The notes beneath the pieces are model-generated. The model saw only the letters and a list, made by a program, of their open reading frames with translations. It searched no databases and was not told where the DNA came from. A program made the position numbers and the translations under genes. 32,000 nucleotides of DNA from Chungangia koreensis (GTDB lineage: Bacteria > Bacillota > Bacilli > Bacillales_A > Planococcaceae), in assembly GCF_042651785.1 (NCBI RefSeq), contig NZ_JBHSEC010000003.1, forward strand, positions 72,547-104,546, read 5' to 3'. Positions within the stretch are counted from its first letter, which is position 1. Each line of letters starts with the position of its first letter. Positions 26,757 to 32,000 of this stretch are shown one piece after another.

Positions 26757-26882
26757 ATGTTTCCGATTAAAGGAAGTTTAATGCTGATTGGATTGCAGTT
26801 AATGCTGATTCCTTTTCTGGTAATGCTGATTAGATTCTACTTAATGCTAATTGGACAACAGATTCCTCTAATTTCCTCTATA
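26757..26882. repeat. Six tandem 21-bp units: four strong units with a TAATGCTGATT core and two degenerate flanking units (array B)
   Basis: The core starts at 26779, 26800, 26821 and 26842, exactly 21 bp apart. The units are atgtttccgattaaaggaagt, tTAATGCTGATTggattgcag, tTAATGCTGATTccttttctg, gTAATGCTGATTagattctac, tTAATGCTaATTggacaacag and attcctctaatttcctctata. Confidence 0.95.
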
Positions 26883-26886
26883 ACAC

Positions 26887-26917
26887 TTAAAAGAAGCCCC
26901 CGAAATCGGAGGCTTCC
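26887..26917 (-). terminator. Rho-independent terminator of hpf
   Basis: The minus RNA GAAGCCUCCG-AUUU-CGGGGGCUUC is followed by UUUU. It begins 14 nt after the hpf stop. Confidence 0.85.
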
Positions 26918-26930
26918 AACTTACACATAT

Positions 26931-27503
26931 TCAATTCGTTTCAATCAATCCATATTTACCATCTCTGCGCTTATACACGATGTGAGTGCCGTTCGATTCG
27001 GCGTCCGTGAAAATGAAGAAGTTATGTCCTAACATGTTCATTTGGAGGATTGCCTCGTCTTGATCCATAGGCTTCAAGTCGAATTGTTTCGTACGTACTA
27101 TCGGGAATTCACTATCCTCGTCATCGAGTACGGAAACGGCAGTTTCACCATTACTATTGCCATTAACCGAAGCAAAAAATGAAGCTACACCTTCTCGTTC
27201 TCTGAATTTCCGGTTCACCTTCGTTTTATATTTACGGATTTGACGCTCCAGCTTATCGCAGATCAGATCGACCGCTGCATACATATCATCGTGCCGCTCC
27301 TCTGCACGGAGAGTCAAATTCTTCATCGGAATCGTTATTTCAACCTTTGTCTGTTTATCATTGTAGACCTTGAGATTGACATTTGCTGTGGCATTCGCTC
27401 CTTCAGTGAAGTAACGTTCGAGCTTCTGAACCTTTTTCTCGACGTATTCCCGAATTGCTGGAGTTACCTCAATGTTCTCACCGCGAATGTTAAACTTTAG
27501 CAT
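26931..27503 (-). CDS. hpf: Long-form ribosome hibernation promoting factor (HPF/YvyD)
   Basis: 190 aa beginning MLKFNIRGENIEVTPAIREYVEKKVQKLERYF, close to the B. subtilis YvyD N-terminus. It has the C-terminal dimerisation domain. The SD GGAGGAG lies 6 nt upstream. Confidence 0.93.
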   Translation of the reverse strand: MLKFNIRGENIEVTPAIREYVEKKVQKLERYFTEGANATANVNLKVYNDKQTKVEITIPMKNLTLRAEERHDDMYAAVDLICDKLERQIRKYKTKVNRKFREREGVASFFASVNGNSNGETAVSVLDDEDSEFPIVRTKQFDLKPMDQDEAILQMNMLGHNFFIFTDAESNGTHIVYKRRDGKYGLIETN

Positions 27504-27548
27504 ATGAACTCCTCCTTTTTGTTAAGCGCTTGTAAATAATATACTACG

Positions 27549-27575
27549 TATCCCCTCAAATTTCCTGCAAGAAAC
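27549..27575 (-). promoter_or_regulatory. Weak candidate sigma-B-type promoter upstream of hpf
   Basis: Minus strand GTTTCT, 15 nt, GGGATA, against the consensus GTTTAA-N12-15-GGGTAT. It lies about 45 nt upstream of the ATG. B. subtilis yvyD is known to be sigma-B and sigma-H dependent. Confidence 0.3.
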
Positions 27576-27739
27576 ATCGGAAAATTTCGTCAAAGTCGAA
27601 ATTTGTCGAATGTCTGTTTCAAAATGTTCAATAAATGAGGGGTGCGCCTGCCCTACACAATAGAGCTTTTGCTCATTTTACGACCAACGACTTCAGTTTA
27701 TTCAATAAGTCGAGCAGGATGAATTATTTATTTTCCCTA

Positions 27740-27767
27740 TTAAAAAACCTGCCAAACTCGGCAGGTA
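27740..27767 (-). terminator. Rho-independent terminator after the PilZ gene
   Basis: The minus RNA ACCUGCC-GAGUUU-GGCAGGU is followed by UUUUUAAU. Confidence 0.8.
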
Positions 27768-27778
27768 AGATAAATTCA

Positions 27779-28117
27779 TTATTTTGTTGAAATTTCATTC
27801 CGCCTGCGGAACTTCAGCTGGCTGATAATCTGTTCTTCTAACTTTTCATCTTCGTTAAAATCGATTCCGTACAGTGCGCCCTCATGGCTTGCTTGCTTCC
27901 AAACCACTTTCCCAGGAGCAGTGATTGTGTCCTGCATCAATACAAACTGCATCACAACTTCCATTCCCTTTGTCAACTGGTTGTCAGAAAAGACCTTTGC
28001 TCCGCCTGGACTAATATCGATCATGCGGCATGAGCCATTCTCATCGCCCATTTTCAGCTCAGCTTCCAACGGACTGCCAAATGTATAACGGAAAATCTCT
28101 TTTCGTTTATAAAACAT
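27779..28117 (-). CDS. Stand-alone PilZ-domain (c-di-GMP receptor-type) protein
   Basis: The start is trimmed to ATG 28117 (MFYKRKEIFRYTF...), 6 nt after AGGGGTG. The two PilZ signature motifs are present: RKEIFR (RRxxxR with an R-to-K change) and DISPGG (DxSxxG). Confidence 0.75.
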   Translation of the reverse strand: MFYKRKEIFRYTFGSPLEAELKMGDENGSCRMIDISPGGAKVFSDNQLTKGMEVVMQFVLMQDTITAPGKVVWKQASHEGALYGIDFNEDEKLEEQIISQLKFRRRNEISTK

Positions 28118-28141
28118 CCAAAACACCCCTGATTGTCTGCC

Positions 28142-29614
28142 TTATTTTTGAATCAAATCTTGCGTCATCCGAACCGTTTCTTCAATCGTCTCCGCAATAT
28201 TCTCGTTGTCAGCCACCGTCTGATGAATCGTCGCGTTCATTTCCTCGATGGAACTACTGTTTTCGGTCAATAGATCTGCGAACTCATTTGTTGCGTTTCT
28301 TATATCAATGGTAGCTACGTTAATCCGCTCTACTTTCGCTTCAAATTCAACAAGCTTTTCCATCAGGTCTTCCATTGATTGTTGAATTGCTGACATTCGT
28401 TCTTCTGCAGTACCGGTAGCGTCAGATTGTACGCGCATACGACTGGAACTTTCCGTTAAGTGAGTACGTGTTTCTTCATTCGCCTTATTGACGTCCGACA
28501 GATTTTCGCTGATTTCATCCAGCGTGCTCTTCGTAAGACCTGCAAGCTTCCGGATCTCTTCCGCGACAACCGCGAACCCCTTCCCATGTTCGCCAGCACG
28601 AGCCGCCTCGATTGAAGCATTTAACGCCAACAAGTTCGTCTGTGCGGTAATTTGCTGTATGGACTCCGTCAATTCATTCGTCTTCGAAATGTTTTCGGTT
28701 AACGAGTGGAATGAATGCTGAAGTTCAGATAGGAAGCGTTCAACTTCCTGCATCCCTTTCCGAAGGCTGATCATAATCTCCATACTCTCATCAGAATCGT
28801 TATGTAACTGCTGGGCTCCCGAAGCCATTTCTTTCGTTTCGTTCAATAGAGCTTGAACTTCCCCTTGCGTCGTTTCCGCGTTCTCTGCAATACGAGAAAT
28901 TTGGAACGACTCTTGTTCTACGCTTGCACTCACACTGTCGACAATGGTCAGCATCTCACGTTGGGCATTAATGTGCTGCTTGGAAGTAATACCAACATGA
29001 TTGAGATTATCAGCAATTTGCTCTACACCACTATTCAAGTTAACAGACTTCTCTCCCTCAAGTTGAGCACGATTTTCCAAATCAATGGAAAACTGTTCAA
29101 CCTGTTGCTGAAGCTTTTTCGATTGGCGGATCTGCATGAATAAACCTAAACACATAAGAACTAACACCAACATAAGGCTACTGCGGGAAGCTGCGATTTC
29201 CGCCTGATTCGGGTACTGCTGAAGAAAAGTTATGAGTGTGACTATACTCAACAAACTACCGAAAGCCATCAAACGGCTCGATGCGAGTATACTGGACAAA
29301 CCCGCAATGTAAAACGCAATCCCTGCCGTTGCTACGGATGGCACACCTACATACGCATTAAATATTGTTGCCCCAGCTGTAACAGTGAGGACAATCCAAG
29401 GGAAGGCCTTTTGAAAAACAGGCACCCATTTCGCCAAACCGTACGCAATCAGCGTCAATACGACAGGAATTGCCATACTAATCACCTTCATCGCATCCTG
29501 GTCAGTCAACCAATAAAAAAGAAAACCGATGAAACTGGAAGCTCCTAAAGTAATAAAAAGGATTAAATTCTTCTTCTCAAAATCTCGTTGCCTAAGCAGT
29601 TGAACAGACTCCAT
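28142..29614 (-). CDS. Methyl-accepting chemotaxis protein with a 6-TM membrane-embedded N-terminal module
   Basis: The start is trimmed to ATG 29614 ([20 protein letters not shown]...), 6 nt after GGGGG. Six closely spaced hydrophobic helices leave no sizeable extracytoplasmic domain. The cytoplasmic signalling domain has the conserved hairpin tip [34 protein letters not shown]. Confidence 0.85.
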   Translation of the reverse strand: MESVQLLRQRDFEKKNLILFITLGASSFIGFLFYWLTDQDAMKVISMAIPVVLTLIAYGLAKWVPVFQKAFPWIVLTVTAGATIFNAYVGVPSVATAGIAFYIAGLSSILASSRLMAFGSLLSIVTLITFLQQYPNQAEIAASRSSLMLVLVLMCLGLFMQIRQSKKLQQQVEQFSIDLENRAQLEGEKSVNLNSGVEQIADNLNHVGITSKQHINAQREMLTIVDSVSASVEQESFQISRIAENAETTQGEVQALLNETKEMASGAQQLHNDSDESMEIMISLRKGMQEVERFLSELQHSFHSLTENISKTNELTESIQQITAQTNLLALNASIEAARAGEHGKGFAVVAEEIRKLAGLTKSTLDEISENLSDVNKANEETRTHLTESSSRMRVQSDATGTAEERMSAIQQSMEDLMEKLVEFEAKVERINVATIDIRNATNEFADLLTENSSSIEEMNATIHQTVADNENIAETIEETVRMTQDLIQK

Positions 29615-29745
29615 AATGGACCCCCTGAATATTCTTTCTATTAAGTATAAAGTAGCATAATTTCCAGTAAATTCATACATAATTTTAGTAGATTCGACAT
29701 AGAAAAACATCCGCACGTTAACAGCACGTCAAGTGATAGATAAAT

Positions 29746-29771
29746 GAAAAAGCCCGGTACAATACCGGACT
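29746..29771 (-). terminator. Rho-independent terminator of the AAA-ATPase operon
   Basis: The minus RNA GUCCGGUA-UUG-UACCGGGC (one G-U pair) is followed by UUUUUCAUUU. Confidence 0.65.
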
Positions 29772-29825
29772 CTTTCCCAAGGGTTATTACATCTTCTTTA
29801 AGTGATTCAAATAAAACATTAATTA

Positions 29826-31064
29826 TTAAAAGACTTCTTTGATATATTGTGCCGCATCACTATACAAACCGCCTTGATTGGCATATTTAATATAATTTTT
29901 AACAGTAGCCATCCATTCCAAAGTTGAAGGTTTTGTGCTGCGGATCGCGGCTAAAAGATCTTCCATCGTAATAAGGCGTTCCTGGTTTGTTCTCATGATT
30001 TCCGTCAGAACATTTTCTGTAGCGATTTCAATAACATTCTCAATATCTGCACCAGAGTAGTGCTCTGTTTTCTCCGCCAGCAGATCGTAAACTATGCTGT
30101 TATCAACCGGTTTTCCATGTAGCTTTAATTTAAAAATTACTTTTCTTGCTTCCCGATCCGGTGGTGGAACAAAGACAAGCTTATCGAACCTGCCCGGACG
30201 TTTGAAAGCGGAGTCTACGTCCCATGGCATATTGGTCGCTCCAATTACTAACATTTTATCAGTATTCGTATTAATGCTTTGCAATTCAGTCAACATGGAA
30301 TCCACTAACCCACGCATCAAATCCGAACTCGACTTTGAACGGCTGTACCCCAGGGTATCTATCTCATCAAAGAACAAGACAGAAGGTTTGTTTGCCCTCG
30401 CTGTTTCAAAAATATTATGCAGGTTTTGTTCACTTTCACCAAAATATGGACTTAGAATTTCAGTAATATGTACAGGGTAAAAGTTAGCGCCTACTTCACC
30501 TGCAGTTGCTTTAGCAATAAATGTTTTACCACAGCCCGGAGGTCCATAAAGTAGAATTCCCCCGCCTGTCTTTTTGCTGAACTTTGAAAAGAGACCCGGA
30601 TTAGTAAAAGGCTTAATGATTTTCATTTCAATTGTCTGTTTAAGGGAATCCAAGCCTCCGACATCTGCGAAGGTAGTCCTTTCTGCCAACCGTTCTCCCA
30701 AATTGATTACATTGTCTCTTTTTCCGCCGTCAATTACACGGATCTTAGATGAGGTACTATCTATCGGTTCTTCATTATGGACTTCTGTTTCTAACTTAGA
30801 AATTTCTAAAGTATCCTCTTGCTCAAACTCCAAAGAATCTTCTGAATCCCTGGATTCTGTTTCTTTTGCACCTAACATGTTACGCAAACTTTGGGTAACC
30901 AATCTTTCCATTTCCGGGTCGTTCTTTTCCAAGGCTTTGGAAAATGCGAATAGTGCTTCTGAAAGTTGCCTCTTCAGTAGGTATTCCTCAGCCAATAAGT
31001 ACCAGGCTTCAAAGTTAGAATGATCTTTTTCAATCATAGAATGATATAACGAAATCTTATTCAT
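29826..31064 (-). CDS. Classical-clade AAA ATPase with an N-terminal TPR/MIT-like helical module and an acidic linker
   Basis: The start is trimmed to ATG 31064 (MNKISLYHSMIEKDHSNFEAWYLL...), which follows AAAGGAAAA and overlaps the upstream stop (ATGAATAA). Motor motifs are Walker A GPPGCGKT, pore loop SPYFGESE, Walker B VLFFDEID and SRH with Arg fingers ATNMPWDVDSAFKRPGRFD. Confidence 0.85.
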   Translation of the reverse strand: MNKISLYHSMIEKDHSNFEAWYLLAEEYLLKRQLSEALFAFSKALEKNDPEMERLVTQSLRNMLGAKETESRDSEDSLEFEQEDTLEISKLETEVHNEEPIDSTSSKIRVIDGGKRDNVINLGERLAERTTFADVGGLDSLKQTIEMKIIKPFTNPGLFSKFSKKTGGGILLYGPPGCGKTFIAKATAGEVGANFYPVHITEILSPYFGESEQNLHNIFETARANKPSVLFFDEIDTLGYSRSKSSSDLMRGLVDSMLTELQSINTNTDKMLVIGATNMPWDVDSAFKRPGRFDKLVFVPPPDREARKVIFKLKLHGKPVDNSIVYDLLAEKTEHYSGADIENVIEIATENVLTEIMRTNQERLITMEDLLAAIRSTKPSTLEWMATVKNYIKYANQGGLYSDAAQYIKEVF

Positions 31065-31509
31065 TAAAATTTTCCTTTCGTAATCCATTTGTAAAACATG
31101 GATTATCAGGCTCAAGCCGAAGTGCTTCTTCAAAAAGAGATAATGCTTTGTCGTTTTCCAGGGCCAATAACATTAGGTAGCCGTAAGCAGCATAGGCCGT
31201 CCCACTTTCCGGGTTTACCTTCAAAGCATCCAAGAACGCTCTTTCCGCTGCAAAATGATACATCGTTCCTATGAAGAGAAAACCTGTTTCTTCATCCAAA
31301 TCATAAATAAGTGCTTGTCGGCAAAGGTCCCTTGCAACTGAAAAATGTCTATAAGAACTTTGTACCACTGCAAGTTTATAAAGTGCGATCGAATTATTTG
31401 GATCAATTTTCAATATGTTTTGGATATGCTTTTCAGCTTCTTCGTACCTGTCTATCGCAAATAAATGATTGATGATAGACAGATCGTTTTCGATGGTTGA
31501 TTGCAACAT
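31057..31509 (-). CDS. Small all-TPR repeat protein (about 150 aa)
   Basis: There are at least three TPR-like units (e.g. YEEAEKHIQNILKIDPNN, ALSLFEEALRLEPDN). The start is ambiguous: GTG 31515, ATG 31509 or TTG 31506, all after AGGTG. Confidence 0.75.
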   Translation of the reverse strand: MLQSTIENDLSIINHLFAIDRYEEAEKHIQNILKIDPNNSIALYKLAVVQSSYRHFSVARDLCRQALIYDLDEETGFLFIGTMYHFAAERAFLDALKVNPESGTAYAAYGYLMLLALENDKALSLFEEALRLEPDNPCFTNGLRKENFNE

Positions 31510-31524
31510 GTTCACCTACTAAGT

Positions 31525-31977
31525 TTATTTAACCCCTAAAATGTACAAGAGCCCTTCCCTCAAAAAAATCCCCACTATACTGTAAATAAAGGCTGGTCCA
31601 ATCAAGTCAACCTTTTTTTCGTGAAAATAAATAAACTGCTCAAATCGTTTTTTAAGAATATAAATATAGTAGATATATAGTAAGAGTGCTCCAGCTCTAT
31701 ATCCGATTGCAACATTTCCGATATCTATCAAAGGGTAGTTAACAGTCAAATAGGTCATCAACAAAGGTTCGGAGATAAATAAAATAGATCCCAAAATGAT
31801 TCCTGCATAAATTGCTTTTTTTGAAACTCTAAGCCATATGGCATTTAATGTACCTAAGATGACCAAAGGAAAAGTTCCGCCTAAAATTGCGACTAAGAAA
31901 AATGCATTGATCGGATATGTTTTTGGCATTACCCACACTTTACTCAAAGAGGTTTGAAACAAATCGTTATTTTGCAT
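31525..31977 (-). CDS. Hypothetical 150-aa integral membrane protein (about 4 TM); no family recognised
   Basis: ATG 31977 lies 5 nt after GAAGGAG. The protein has hydrophobic segments throughout. Its stop is 9-15 nt before the TPR gene start. The operon promoter lies beyond the right edge. Confidence 0.6.
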   Translation of the reverse strand: MQNNDLFQTSLSKVWVMPKTYPINAFFLVAILGGTFPLVILGTLNAIWLRVSKKAIYAGIILGSILFISEPLLMTYLTVNYPLIDIGNVAIGYRAGALLLYIYYIYILKKRFEQFIYFHEKKVDLIGPAFIYSIVGIFLREGLLYILGVK

Positions 31978-32000
31978 AATTACTCCTTCAATTGGGCACT

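Noticed and set aside
22692-26882. Considered whether the repeat arrays are CRISPR arrays
   Set aside because: The 21-bp period is far too short for repeat-plus-spacer units, the variable parts are only about 10 nt, there are no cas genes in the window and the cores are not palindromic.
26757-27032. 91-aa + strand ORF (MLIxxxx heptads) across array B
   Set aside because: It has no usable SD, crosses the hpf terminator hairpin and continues antisense into hpf. It is an artefact of the 21-bp period.

Overview
This is a chromosomal segment of a moderate-GC Firmicute, order Bacillales. Gene content and order match, from memory, the Bacillus subtilis hpf-secA-prfB-yvjA-cccB-ftsEX...ctpB-minJ-csbA neighbourhood. 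Nearly all genes are on the minus strand. Left to right the window holds: addB (open at the left edge, so absent from the ORF track), a TVP38/DedA membrane protein, azlCD (+), a CsbA-like small membrane protein, minJ, ctpB, a secreted CPPC thioredoxin coupled to an unassigned 2-Cys membrane protein, a coiled-coil M23 endopeptidase directly behind ftsEX, cytochrome c551 and a YitT-family protein. Next comes a visibly AT-richer ~8 kb block: a LysR regulator (+), a five-gene Opp/Dpp-type peptide ABC importer and an M20 dipeptidase. It is followed by prfB (classical +1 frameshift), secA, hpf, a PilZ protein with a 6-TM chemoreceptor, and at the right edge a tightly coupled operon of membrane protein, TPR protein and TPR/MIT-like AAA ATPase. 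I saw no rRNA, tRNA, CRISPR, transposase or integrase. Many ORF-track starts were trimmed to SD-supported starts. Two things are not explained by ordinary annotation. First, two tandem arrays with an exact 21-bp period bracket the secA-prfB operon. Second, the Vps4/spastin-like AAA operon continues past the right edge.
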